NCBI GenBank assembly: GCA_021613535.1
Contig: CP075494.1
Coordinates: forward strand, 1-64,000
Direction of reading: 5' to 3'
Length of the DNA: 64,000 nt
DNA from: Adineta vaga
Taxonomy: Eukaryota; Animalia; Rotifera
Shown: in pieces, positions 1 through 12,938 of the stretch
Layout of the letters: each line of letters starts with the position of its first letter
Position numbering within the stretch: the first letter of the stretch is position 1
Made by a program: the position numbers and the translations under genes
The notes under the pieces: model-generated
Told to the model about the DNA's origin: nothing
The model's database searches: none
Seen by the model: only the letters and a program-made list of their open reading frames with translations

Positions 1-1454
1 TGATAATCAGTTACAATTGCCAATTTAGAAATGTCACTCAATCCATCGAAATCTTGTCGTAAGACAGCATCGAACAAGAGGTTCATCATATTTTTATTTG
101 GTGTTTGTGGAGAATGTGTAGTAGCATAGTAATAGCCAGTATCAGGGCGACAAATACATATATTTTTTGCCACCAAACGTAAACCTATATCATCATCTTC
201 ACCACCCCAATTAAAATAACGATTTGAAAAGCCATTGATTTTAACAAAAACTTTTGGTCGAATAGCAAGTACACCTCCAACAAGAAAAGTGTAAAATTTT
301 GTGTGAGAGTTGTTTACTTTAGAGTGAATATTAACCGAAAAATGAATAGGTTGATCAAATGATGAGAGACAAGAATATAGGTTATGATCATTCGTCGGTA
401 TGAGATCGACATCTAAGACAGAAAATAAATGCAAGAATAAAACTCATTCAAAACAATCATTTAGCTGTAATTGAAAAATAATTATATCAAATACGTTGAA
501 CATTTATTTCTTTCAAACATTGCTATGAAAGAGACCTAACTGTCATAGATGCAAGATGAGTTCAACTATTAAATATTTGAAAATTAAACTTTAAACATTC
601 AAGTTTTCATTTATTCATGAAATACCATCTAAATTTACTCCAAAATCGTGACTAGACAGCTAGTACTGAAAAACTTAAATTCAACTTTCAAGTTTGATAT
701 TAATTGAAAATACATAAAAGAAGAATTTACCATGAAAAATAATACATGTTGGCTTGTATATTTTCATAATTTGTTGAAAGGCTATGTTATAGAGTCGACC
801 TTTATTAAATTCACCTTGTGCTTTCTGTTCAACAACAAATATTTTGTATTGAGAAATCTTCTGCCGTTTGAGTAATGGTACAAGATTGTGAATTAAGTAT
901 TTTAAATTTTGTTCACGATCTCGATATGGAATAACAATTGCAACTGATTCGTTTTGAAATAAAGGACATTTTTCTGTCGTAGATAAATCTGAATTAATAT
1001 TTGATGGGTTAGATAGATGTGTTTTTGGTCTTTTTACAGATGATAATGCGTGAAATTCAAAATCAGCCGGTGGATGCCAATCGACCGTTAATGTACCGTT
1101 TAAATTTGCATGACAAACACTCTGTATTTGACGAATCAAATCTGTTCGATTAAGGATTCCATCTTGATCATAACAAAGAATTCTATAACGTAGGAGCTCC
1201 TTAATGTGCAGTGGCACAAGAATTCTTTTCTGTTCGATTAAATAATGATATCTATTTTCGATATTCTCTGTCCAATCTGCTGTGCTGCTCTTTCTTGAAG
1301 GCCAGTTTGATATTTTGAAAACAAATGTTAAACAAATTATTATTAATAGAACGAATGCAGAAAAGACAAGACGTCGACTATTCTTCCATTGCTGCATTAG
1401 AGATAATTTCGAGGAAAGCCAACTCATAGTATCCGCTAAATACAAATAAGACAT
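1..1454 (-). CDS. Beta-1,4-galactosyltransferase/GalNAc-transferase family (GT7); 3' end runs off the window
   Basis: Exon 1 is 1454-731, with an N-terminal TM segment and the VAIVIPYRDRE and FNKGRLYN motifs. A GT-AG intron spans 730-413. Exon 2 (412 to <1) joins as IIFHD-VDLIP and contains GGVLA, NGFSNRYFNWGGEDDD. Confidence 0.9.
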
Positions 1455-1837
1455 TGGTCACAGAATCTGTAAAAAAAACGAGAATATTGAAAATAGATTA
1501 TTAGCTCGTCCATAAATAATAAATTAAGTACTAAGCTATCTTTATCACCAATAATCTTGATATGTATAAATTTTTGGACTCAAAACATCCAAAGAGTTTG
1601 TTAGTGTGTACTACTTTTTAAGTAGACTGAACTATATCCCTCACTTTGCACATTAAATAAAAAAACGTATAACATATATAAGACTTCTCGATACATTTTA
1701 TGATGCAATAGTCTGCAATAACAAGGCATATGGTGATGTTTCGGATGTTATATATGAAATATTCTCTCATTATTAGTGGAAAGGTCTATTTATCATGAAG
1801 GGTGTGAAATATTGAGTAAAAATTCTGAGAATAGTTT

Positions 1838-2790
1838 GATCCAAAGATAACTTTCGACGAGAAACTAACAACTTTGAAATATACGATGCTAACGACTTAG
1901 CTGAATAGATATATGAAATGTTTAAGCTATGGACTATTAAGATATAGAAGTATGATAATGGATATTTCTGAAAGCGTGGAGACCTACTAAGAGCTTTGGC
2001 AGTATTTAGTGATGCTCAATTTAGGTACTTGCTAATAATTTCAGATTTCTATGTTCATATAAAAGGAAGTAACATGGACCTTATTTTCAAAACACTCATC
2101 CTTTGACACCGATGCATACATATATATATGTGTTAACGCCCTGTGGATATTATCCTCATTAGAATATTATTTACAGTGTATCGAAGAGACCTGTCTCTCT
2201 GTCACTTATTTTAGCAACATTATTGTGCGAACAGTCAATATTGTCATGTGTGTAAATTCTTTCTCTCGTATGTTCTGCTCTGACATATCTTTTCATAGCC
2301 AGATCACTCGTTTTGTCTCAAGAGTTACCTTGTAGATTACCGTATTTAAAAAAATTTCTAGATACTTCTCTATACTGATAAAGTTGATTCAGACTATTTT
2401 AGAAGCAAAAGAAAACCTTGGTGACAAACGGTCAAGACTTCGAGTTGAATGCTACATGTACCTTCTTTTATTGTAGTTTTTCACAGCTGAGAAAATATGG
2501 TCGATGCTACTTCTCTTTATAAGAATATATAAATCTAAAATTAGTAGCAAGTACCTAAATTGAGCATCACTATATACTGCCAAAAGCTATGAGACTTCAT
2601 GACTCTTGGTAAGTATTTACTCGTTTTATAAATATTTATTTTTCATACTCCTATATCTCAATAATCCATAGCTGAAATATTTCATATTTCTGTTCAACTA
2701 ATGAGGGAACCCCCTGATGTGTCCCGCGTAGGTCATTCGAATTTTATATTTCAAATTTATTAGAATTTCGTCGGAAACAATCTTTGAATC
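1838..2790. mobile_element. Degenerate foldback/MITE-like element between two divergent genes
   Basis: ~1838-2040 is an imperfect inverted copy of ~2540-2790 (e.g. ggcagtatttagtgatgctcaatttaggtacttgcta vs tagcaagtacctaaattgagcatcactatatactgcc). Confidence 0.6.
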
Positions 2791-2961
2791 GTAGGGTTCA
2801 TGCCACACATTTTCTACTATGGAAGCAGATGTCTTGAGCGACTAGACTATAATGAGCATCTCACCTTTATTTTAAAATCATTACTGAATAACCTTGATAC
2901 CTTCTTTTTAAGTAGATAATCAATAATAAACCCTTATTTTCCGCAAGTTTTATTCGTCAGC

Positions 2962-5900
2962 ATGTCTTTCGAAAAGCTTACAGCCCCGCCACCACTCATT
3001 CCATCAACTCGTTTCACCTTAGCTCTACTGATCTTTTACAGCTTTGTTGTAAAACTTTTACAGCGTAACATATTATCAATTGCTATTGTTTGTATGATCA
3101 AGCAGACGACTACCATTGGATCCGAAATGCAACCATCTAAATATGGTTTTTTCTTTCTTGAAGAGAAACATTATTCATGGACAGAATTGCAACAGCAAAC
3201 TATACTTGGTGCCTATTGGATTGGATACGTTTTCACTCTTGTACCAGGTATGTTGATGGACATGTACCGAATATCAGAAGTTTGCCTTATTTTATCTTTT
3301 TCAAATATGCTGTCTGATAGGTAGTTGGCTAACAATGAAGATGGGTCCAAAGAAGGTGTACACTTACTCTATGTTGATAAGTTCCATGACAACCCTCGCA
3401 CTTTCAATAACATATATTGTACCACACGGTCACATTCTTTACTTGTATTCATTCTTCGCATCATCACTGGAGCGGCACATGGACCCATGTTTCCTGCAAC
3501 ATATACACTTTGGTCTCAATGGGCTGTTCAAGAAGAACGAAGTACTTTAACGTCCATCGGTTTCTGCGGCACTAATTTTGGAATGTGTAAGTTGATGTAG
3601 TTTTTCTTGCTCAGTTCATGTAACAATTATGAACCGTGTATTAAGCTCTGGCAATGTTCATGGGAGGTGCTCTTTGTCGTTATCTAAAATCTGGTTGGAC
3701 TTACTCATTCATCCTATCAGGTTTGCTTGGTTTGCTCTGGTTACCATTGTGGATGTGGAAAGTATCAGATGCACCTGAATGTCATCGAGGAATTACCGAA
3801 AAGGAACGTGATTACATATGTAATAGTATTGGCAAAAACAGCTGGACATTGTTTTCTATAGCATCACTGCCTTGGTTACATTTAGCTCTTTCAAAAGCAG
3901 TTCTTGCGTTATTAATTACTCATTCATGCAATTTATTTGGACTTGTTTTCTTTATTTCAAATTTTGGTAAACTCTTAACCGAAATCTATCAAGTATCAGC
4001 GGATGATGCTGGTTACGTATTGGCTAGTGGATACATGCTTATGTTAGTTTGTAGTATCGTTTCAGGTAAGCATAAAGATGAAGCACTGCAAACCACAGTA
4101 GGGTTCAAATCATTTTCATAACAGACAAATAATGATGTTCTATCGCAGACTTTGTATCTCCCAAACATGTATGTGACTTATGTTAGCATATAAATTAAAA
4201 CAAAATCACTTGTATAAAGTTTTCTTTACATAAAATGTCTTTTGGTTGCAAAATTGGAGAATGGTAGGAGAAAGATGCTAATGATGAGATGTAGTTTAAA
4301 ATCTATGTTGAAAAATATATTATGTTAATCATTTAAAAGAAAAACTAAAAAGTTTTTAAAAATGTTTTCGGTAGTGTGACTATATTATTTTTAACGTCTA
4401 TTAGATAAGAGTCCACGAAAAATGATCGATAAGAAAATAAGTCAATATGAGCATAATGAACATAATACAAGAAAAGAGATTAATCTCTACAGTAAGCCTC
4501 TCTGTTAAAACAAATACATCAACTAATCGAAATAGAAGAAGATTTTGTTCGCTGCCAAATAAGACAGATGATTGACTGTCAAAAGATTCAACGAAATAAA
4601 TAGTATTTAAACCACAGCATATGTTTCCGTCACTTTATTATGCATTCATTTCTTATTCTTTTACATCATCTGAGCGGCCTTATTCATAACTTATGATTTC
4701 TTAGTTCTGTCTTATCCACTTTGACGATTTCTTGCTGATCGTAATTTCCTCGTCTGCTATATATATATATGTCACTATAGTTAGTATTAATTTTTATACG
4801 TAATTGAATATAGATATGGATATATCTCACGTAATAAATATGTTTTACAGGCACAAATCTGTCAAATAATATGGCATATCGACTCATGTTTGTGACATTT
4901 AATTTTCGTATTGATCAATTTTCGTTTGCTTCCATGAACTGTACACACTTGTTTTTGAATAGAGTCGATAGAATAGGAAATATTGAAATGATATTTATCC
5001 AAGCGGTTGTTCGATCTTTTAGTACAATCATAAATATATATATTAGTATTAATTTTCTATTATGAATATTAACTATGCTCCACGTTGACATTCATTATCA
5101 CCAATAGTTAATAAAGTATTTCAACAACTGAGTCAATTCATCACGTTTAGATTCACTTAAATTAGTTCTAAGATTGTCAAATGATGTCGAAACATATTTT
5201 GTAGAATTAGTCTTCATGTATTTGACATTATTGTAATAATTATCGTTTTGAATAAACTAATCGATAATGATCATGTACATTCAGTTGATATTGACGAGAA
5301 TATTTCGAAAATTGCTCGTTTAATCTGATCGTTTTCTATTTTAAATAATAGACAACTAATCAGTACCGCATCTAGAGCTTTTCGTCCAACATAGTTCACT
5401 CTGTACATAAAAAAATACTTTAAATAGAAATTGAATATCTACACAAGTATGATATATACAATACAACGCTTTCTATGTTAAAAAGATCTTATGCACACAA
5501 AGATAATAAATTTGTCTAAAGAATATTTTTGTAGATAAAGGGCTTTTGGTCAAAAATAGTTTTAAAAGAATATGGCTGACCGTTTCAAATCTTTCTTACG
5601 TTAGGTTATTGTAGTCGATGCCACATTAAATAAGTGTTAACTCTGCAGAAACATGTTTCGATCTAACTATCTTTTCTCTGCTCCATATGAAGAGAAAATA
5701 CTTGATAAAACACCCCATTTGATAAAGGAATTTAAGAGAACAACAATGATGAAATAGGAATTCTCAAATACTACTTTGGTGACACTTATTGTTCATATCT
5801 TTCTTTTTGATGCAGGTAAAATTGCCGATGTTCTCGTCAAAAAGTCCTTACTTTCGCTAACCAACGTAAGAAAACTCTTCAATTCCATGTCCTCCTTTAT

Positions 5901-6350
5901 ATGTGGCCTATGCATCAGTATTCTTTATTTTTGTGATGAATCACGACGAATCATGGCTATTACTACAATCTTAGTTTTTCTTTTCAGCGCAGGTGAGTTA
6001 CAGAAAAGCGCTGCAATAAATAATAGTTGACATTGTAAATTCAACAGATAAAGTTAATTTCTGGGTCGATAATTGTAGGATTTGCTATTGGATCTGGATA
6101 TATGGTCAATTTTGCTGATCTGACACCAGCCTATTCTGGATTGCTCTTTAGTATATCGAGTACGTTAGCTTCTCTAGCCTCCATCATCGGTAGTATTATT
6201 GCAGGTATTTGGATCGCAGAACCGGTGCTTACTGATTGGCAAAATATTTTCATACTTATTGCTATCATATTCATCACTGGTGGAGTTATTTTTCTCTTTT
6301 ATGGTTCAGCTGTACCACGAAAATGGGCTACATTAACACAGCAAGATTAG
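2962..6350 (+). CDS. SLC17/sialin-like MFS anion transporter with an apparent 1-nt frameshift in exon 2
   Basis: Exons 2962-3247, 3321-3586, 3646-4065, 5816-5992, 6079-6350, all with GT-AG introns. Typical SLC17 motifs: RNILSIAIVCM, LGAYWIGY, RIITGAAHGPMFPA, EERSTL, VRKLFN, DLTPAYSG. The reading frame switches near 3430-3445. Confidence 0.8.
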
Positions 6351-7079
6351 AGAAATCTCGAAACCATGAACGTAGAACAAAGAAAAACAAAAATTAAGAA
6401 ATATAACACCAATAGCAAACATATCTGTTTGTATATTTATGCTGCAAAGATTATACAAATCATGAACAGTTCATTAAATTTTCCTACTAAAAATACGTAT
6501 ATATATTATTATGTTTGCGTGATGTTTTCAATCGTTGAAACAAATTTCATCTTGAGTAGAAGAAACTTTAGTTTTTTCCTTGTACGCTTTTTGTGGATCT
6601 GACGAAACTCACAGAAGTATTTTTTTTGCTTTTTCCACACGAAGGCTTAACCTTTCGAAACCATCACTCTGTTGATCGTTAATCTTCTGACGATGAACAT
6701 GTACCATATTAAACTTCTCACTAAAACCTCACGATTACAAAACTGACGTATGAATCTACACATCCCTCCGTCTAACAACTTTAATGTTACATACGTGATT
6801 TTCGTACATAGTCCATCTGCCATCTTTTTTTTTCAGAATATATTGTTTCGAGATTGGTTTGTACAATACAACCAATAGTAAATCATTTACATTCTCAAAT
6901 ATTTTTCTCACGATTTTGTTATATATCTTCGACATATCACTCTCTTCACCTTTCGTACCTATTCCAACAATCATACCCAAAATTTTTACGTTGAAAACAA
7001 TTAGTCTAAAAGTTTCAATATTACTTGCATACAAAACTCAATAATTTCTTTGCTTTTCAAATCAAAAATGATTAGTAAA

Positions 7080-7560
7080 ACGAAACTGTAAAGGATCCGA
7101 GAGATCTATCTCAGAAGTGATAATGATGATCTTGATAAAACTGTTGCTGAAAGTAATAGATCGAATTCTAATCCTAATTCAGATTATTGTACATCTGAAA
7201 CAGAATCTGATGACAGATTCGTTGATGAATATATTTCGAAAGATGGTGACTTATCTTATTCGTATGTTACTGATGACGATATAAATATCAATATTTAACC
7301 TGATTTTTTTAGAAAAAATTGGTATTAGATGAGTTAAAGAATGTAACTGAGATCACGGTCGTCTTCGTGTCACCAACATAATCAAGAACAAATCAGATGT
7401 TGTTACTTCCGTTCATATAGAAACTGATGCTTTCAAGCTCTTCCTGATAGATGAAATATTAAATGCAGTCGTATTACACACAAATAATTATGCACGAAAA
7501 TATTACGATCAACAAAACCAAAGACTTAAATCCTGGTGGCAACAGTTTCCTCCTGTTTCA
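7080..7560 (+). mobile_element. piggyBac-type transposase remnant
   Basis: An acidic N-terminal stretch is followed by DAFKLFLIDEILNAVVLHTNNYARKYY (~7426-7510), which resembles the start of the piggyBac/PGBD DDE domain. The frame is broken by stops. Confidence 0.55.
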
Positions 7561-8419
7561 CATTTTTAATTCCGTAGAGATTGCGCTAATAGATTTTCAG
7601 TATTATTGGTGTTTCAAAAGTTTGCTCCAAAAATTACCCAGAGTTTTCCAGCAAGCCAAAACCGATGAGCAGAGAAGGTCGTACTCATACCAGGCAATTT
7701 TCTAACCTAAACTGGGAAAAATCAGTTTACGAACGAAAGTAAGTTTAGTTCAAAATGAAAGAAATTCAGTCATTTTTTTTCGAAGACAGGAAAAGACGCC
7801 CTCAGATCGGAGGGTTCTTGAAATGTATAACAAAAATGCATTCATTTCTAGGCAAACTCTTCAATTTTTCTAAGATATAGAAAACATAGGATGACTACGA
7901 AGCCAGGCCACTAGGAGCAGTGTAGTCTGATAAAAAATGGTCTATGTTCAGCAAGAAATCGCTGCTCTTTCAAAATAAATAAAAGAAGATCAAAATTCGT
8001 TGAAAAAATTTGAACAATGCAATAAAGTATATTTTGACTTTGTTTAGTCTCTGTCTTCAAAGAGCATCGAGCTTGTCGTTTAATCACGACAGGGATAGAA
8101 TATCATAAGATTTACTTGCGTCAAAGCGAAGTTCTCTTATGGATCAAAGAAACCATAATGAGTTTTTATAGTCAAATCATTATTCAGAATTATACAAAAA
8201 TATCACTTTACAATACACATCAAACTTGACGATCGAAAAGAACTTGGAAAAGCCCACTGACGACTTTTCTGTCGTCTTACGAAGCTATGTTGGATACGCT
8301 TCAATACTTTCTATAAGATAAAAATAATATTTTGTTTTCATTTTCAACATTAACTGTTTAGTTATATCACAGCTGATTGAAAAGTTTTCTACTAAATTTA
8401 AATTCATTTTTCTTATTTT

Positions 8420-9420
8420 TTTATATAAAATACAAGCACTGTAGCTCTATAAAAATATATAATTAGCGTTTTGAGAATGATACTTTTTGTTACTGTTTTT
8501 GTATGCTTATTTGGGGATCTTTTTGTGTACTCAAAAAGTGAGTACACTACTAAAATCGGTCTGTATGTCCGGCCGTTTATCCGATAACTTTCGAAAGGAG
8601 AGTCCGATTGAGCTGAAATTTTCCACACAGTTTAGCCTCATTAATATCTCAGTCGAGTTCGAAGATGAGACCGATCGGTCAATAATTGCTTGAGTTCTCG
8701 TAAAAATACTGAAAACTGGCCAGACCATCCCTGAGGAGGAGTACGGGAATATTTTGCGAAAATTTTTTTTTCGTCATTTTCACAGGATATATCGGTCTGT
8801 TGGGCTTCATGTGCATTACCTTTGTGTTCTCAAGTCCTGAGAATGAATGTGGGTGATATAAGTAATCTGGGTGATATAAGTAATCTGGGTGAAATTTCAC
8901 CCAGATGGTTTTATGATCGGTAAAATCTCCAAACTTCGTATGGTGGTTTCCTAGGCACGAAATAACGTCGAGAACTTGTTGGAACATGAGGAAGGAGTGT
9001 GGATGACGATGAGGGCGAGGTTAACCTGGGTGAAGTGTCAGTCAAGATGTTCCACATAGATAACGTCACCATAGTTTCTCAGGTGGTTTCCTAGGTCTAC
9101 AGAAACGTCCATAAAGTGTTGGCACAATAGTAAAGATAAGAAGTTGACCTATGTAAAGTTTTATGGTAACAGACAAGATGAAAATAGGTGGTATATGCAT
9201 AAGCCAGGTAATTTATTTCATATGATGAAAACTGAGTGCACTGCTTGAACAGTTTAGTACGTCTGCTCATCCGTTCATAGACACGATAATTCCTGAAGTA
9301 TTGGTACAGTTCTGATGAAATTTTCTACGGAGTATTGCGACAATGATACCTCACTTGAGTTTGAAGAAGCGCCTGATCAGCCGAACGATTTGTGAGTTAT
9401 TGGAAATAGTGGTATTTCGG
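8420..9420. repeat. Composite interspersed repeat (Helitron/DINE-like) with internal duplications
   Basis: An 18-bp unit gggtgatataagtaatct occurs ~2.4x at 8851-8892. Diverged direct duplications: ~8605-8700 vs ~9310-9400, and ~8941-8986 vs ~9081-9126. Confidence 0.35.
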
Positions 9421-9524
9421 TATGATTTTATTATGTCTTCTATCTGATATACTTTTTGCAATACACATAACATTCGGATAAAATCCGAAGTTTCCGCATT
9501 TATTTTTGTATTTGGACAATATTA

Positions 9525-10075
9525 CTGTTAATTATAATATGGTTTGCAACAAATTCATCTTTTTAATTTTAATCATATTGTTATCATTCGATGATTTTCA
9601 TGCATTTTACCAAGAAATATCAAACAAAACTTTTGTACGGATCAATATCTTTGAACATCTTGTAAATTGATCTACTTTGGTACGAAATTATTATTGCACC
9701 AAAAAATATCAGTGGTAATACATCATTTGCCCTATTTTATAATGATCATTCTGACTAAAATTTTAATTCGGAACTAAACAACTTTATGACATTTGGCTAA
9801 GCACATGTTGCCAAGAATAGCTATATATATTTTTTTTTCCGGGCTATTTGGAATTGTTAAGAGGAGGAAATGATGTTTCACCACTAATGTTTTCGATATC
9901 ATAATAATTTTGTACCAAAGCAGATCGATATACAAGATGTTCAAAAATATTGATCCACACAAAAGTTTTGTTTGATGTGTTTCTCGGCAAAATGCATGAC
10001 AATCCTCGAGTGATAAAAATATGACTAAAATTAAAAAAGATGTATTTGTTGCAAAACATAATATAATAATCAGCA
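9525..10075. mobile_element. Palindromic MITE/foldback element
   Basis: ~9525-9735 is an imperfect inverted repeat of ~9860-10075. Confidence 0.7.
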
Positions 10076-10203
10076 TGGTAAAATCAGAAGAAACTTTCCA
10101 ATCAGCCGTTAGACGTACTTACTGTTGTACAATTATCAACCAAATTTATTACTCAAATAATTTACTGATTGAATTTCCTGCCTTGTTTAGTAACTTACGA
10201 ATT

Positions 10204-10461
10204 ATGTTTCACGTGCATATATTCATCGCCATAATGAGTTCGTTTACATTGGTTACAATAATTGATAGCCAGAAAATACCGTTGGGTTGTATTTGTGGTG
10301 GTGTTGATTTTCCTCCTGATGATACTTTTACTGCTAATACTCTTTTCGGTACTTGTGGTGATGCTGCAGCGAACGGTGGCTGTACTGATTATTGTCCTCT
10401 GTTTGGTACCGGTGGTGTTCTTTGTCTTCCTTGTTGTCTATTTTGTTGTAGCTCTAGTTGA
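10204..10461 (+). CDS. Small secreted cysteine-rich peptide (85 aa, 10 Cys)
   Basis: The ATG at 10204 gives a hydrophobic signal-like N-terminus (MFHVHIFIAIMSSFTLVTIIDS). Cys spacing is C-x1-C-x19-C-x8-C-x3-C-x9-C-x2-CC-x2-CC. The upstream part of the listed ORF falls in the MITE arm and is probably non-coding. Confidence 0.7.
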   Translation: MFHVHIFIAIMSSFTLVTIIDSQKIPLGCICGGVDFPPDDTFTANTLFGTCGDAAANGGCTDYCPLFGTGGVLCLPCCLFCCSSS

Positions 10462-12938
10462 TATTATCTGGATTATATTTCATAACAATTATTCTCCTGA
10501 AGAAAGCATCAAGCCTAATAAATCTGTTTAATCCTCGAGTACATTAACCAAAAATTAGATCCGCACCGAAACACTTTCTTTTTGTTTTTTGTATGTTTTT
10601 TTCTATTTTTGCAATACGATCTTGTGAAATAAAATACATACATCATCAGATGTTTCGGTTCAACTCTACTGAATGTGTCATTTTTATCATGCGTTGTGCA
10701 AAGTTTCGAAAAGTGATTTTAACATTTCACCGACCGTTTATGCTTAAAATATCATAAGATCGGACGATTGAATGGATTTACTATTTAGCAAACTAAACTA
10801 TAATACATTTCTTTGTCAACAGAAATAATCATAGATCTGAGCCGTATATTTTGACATCAATCGATAAAAAAGAGAATTATTATGAAATCCGGCATGTGTG
10901 CTTTTTGCTTTTGTACTTCTACTCTCCCTTATAGCCACAAGTAAACCATATAGCTTAGAATTGGAGCTTGCCTAGTTGGAGAGAAAGACAATTATCTCTG
11001 TTTATCGGCATTGGTATTTGTTTTAATAAAAAGAGCGAATCAGATTGTGTTTGAAGATACTTTTGAACTGTATAGAATCAATTCTGTTCAATTTCAACAA
11101 CTTAATCGTTATTCAACAAATTGAATTTATTCAACGACGATTTTAATTGTCTTTAGTTCGCAAAATTCTCCCCGCTTTCTCATTTTACACCATGTAGTTG
11201 AATGTTAGCATCTGAAATATGTTAATACTCCTGAAGTGAATTTTAAATCATATTTTTAGGAATTTCATTTGAATTCAGTTGAAAACTAGTTATCCAAGTT
11301 AGGTATATCCGATTCCGTGGCATCCAGCATCATGGAATAGATTGCATAGTTCAAAAAGAGTCCAATTGTCATATTAATATGCATCTCAAAATGCAACTAA
11401 AGTTGAACAGCATCGGTCATGAAACCATTTCTAGAATTAACTGACATGATAGAAATTTTGGCACATTCTTAAAGATATTCCAGGCTTCTTAGACTTTAAA
11501 ATAACAGTTAAACTGTACAGCTACCATAAACATTGAATACTAGTTCGATCAGAACTTTTGCAATTAAAATACTAGCTTCATTATTATTATTAGGACATCG
11601 ATAATTTAGTATCATAATATATTTAATATATTGATTTAGAAAGTTAGAAAACTTTCTCATTCTAGAGTGTTTGACAAACCATTTAGCTTTAAGGTACAGT
11701 TATTAACACTTTGGTGTCCTATGTCTTCAGCATGAAGATAAGCATAACAGAAGAGATTGTTTAATTCTGTTGTACCGTGGAGCATATGGTCATAGAAGAG
11801 TACATAGATAGAGAACTGTTCATCCAAACGACACAGCGTGTATATACAGCTGGTAAAAGGTGACAAAACCCAAACAATCGTCGGCATTCGGAAGGCCAAT
11901 GAGCTTGAAAACATTCGATTTGGACTTAGAATGCAAGATTGTCGCGAAATGTGGGTACTTTCATCGTATAACACACATCAAAATCCACTTGCGAAGGTTA
12001 AAATCAAAATCACGTTAGGTCCCATTATCCGGCATGAGAAAAATATCAAGTTGTGACTTAATTGGACGTTGCATTTGAGTTGTATTGCTATAATCTACAG
12101 ATTAAATTGAGTAATCTCAGTGCATGTGAAAGATAAAAGATTGAAATATACCGTTGATTTTTCTTTCAATACTAATTATAATGTGTGAAAATAAAAGGTT
12201 ATGAGTTTGTAACAATTGTCAGACCCTTGTGCAGTAAAAGCATATGTGATAAATTGAAAAAGAATTTGTTATTTCTGTCGTATGCGAAAGAAAGGTTTGC
12301 GGTTCATTGCAAATTAATAAATTATGGTTCGTTCATTAAATCTTGGAGTGGCCTCAGTATATATGCCATTTCGATTATATTTCCAAAATCAGACGCTGTA
12401 GAACCTCTCGGGCGGCAAGATGAGTTTTGTTCTATCCCATACCAGAACAGATCATGCGCTGTTTTGTCGTGTATTGCAAGCGATTATGCTCAAATCAGTG
12501 CAGTCCTATGACATACAATTTTTGATATAATCTAATAATATATATATATTGCATTCATTTTCAAAATCATACTAACATAATACGACCAATTTAACATATG
12601 AATAGTTGGATCAGTGGTAAATCTTCTTTTGTAAGAATGTTCAGTACAAGGCAATCTCACTGGCAGATTCTTCATAATTATGTTTGTCGTGCTTGCTTAA
12701 ATAAAATCTCTCATTTCTGAGCTTGCTTTTGTCTGTGATGAACAGTTTAGGTAAAAGTTAAGGATATGCAATGATCTTGTTTCACTTGTTATATCTTATT
12801 CCTGACATCAAAATGAAAATATATGGCCAAACATGAATTGTATTGTGGCTTTTGGAATTTATTTTATTTTATCAGTACACAGATGATTTTATATTTTAAA
12901 AGTACAGAAAAACTGTTTTGTAATAATGATTGATTATG

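Noticed and set aside
6366-7044. Short ORFs after the SLC17 gene
   Set aside because: No recognisable domains, and ORFs of this length are expected by chance.
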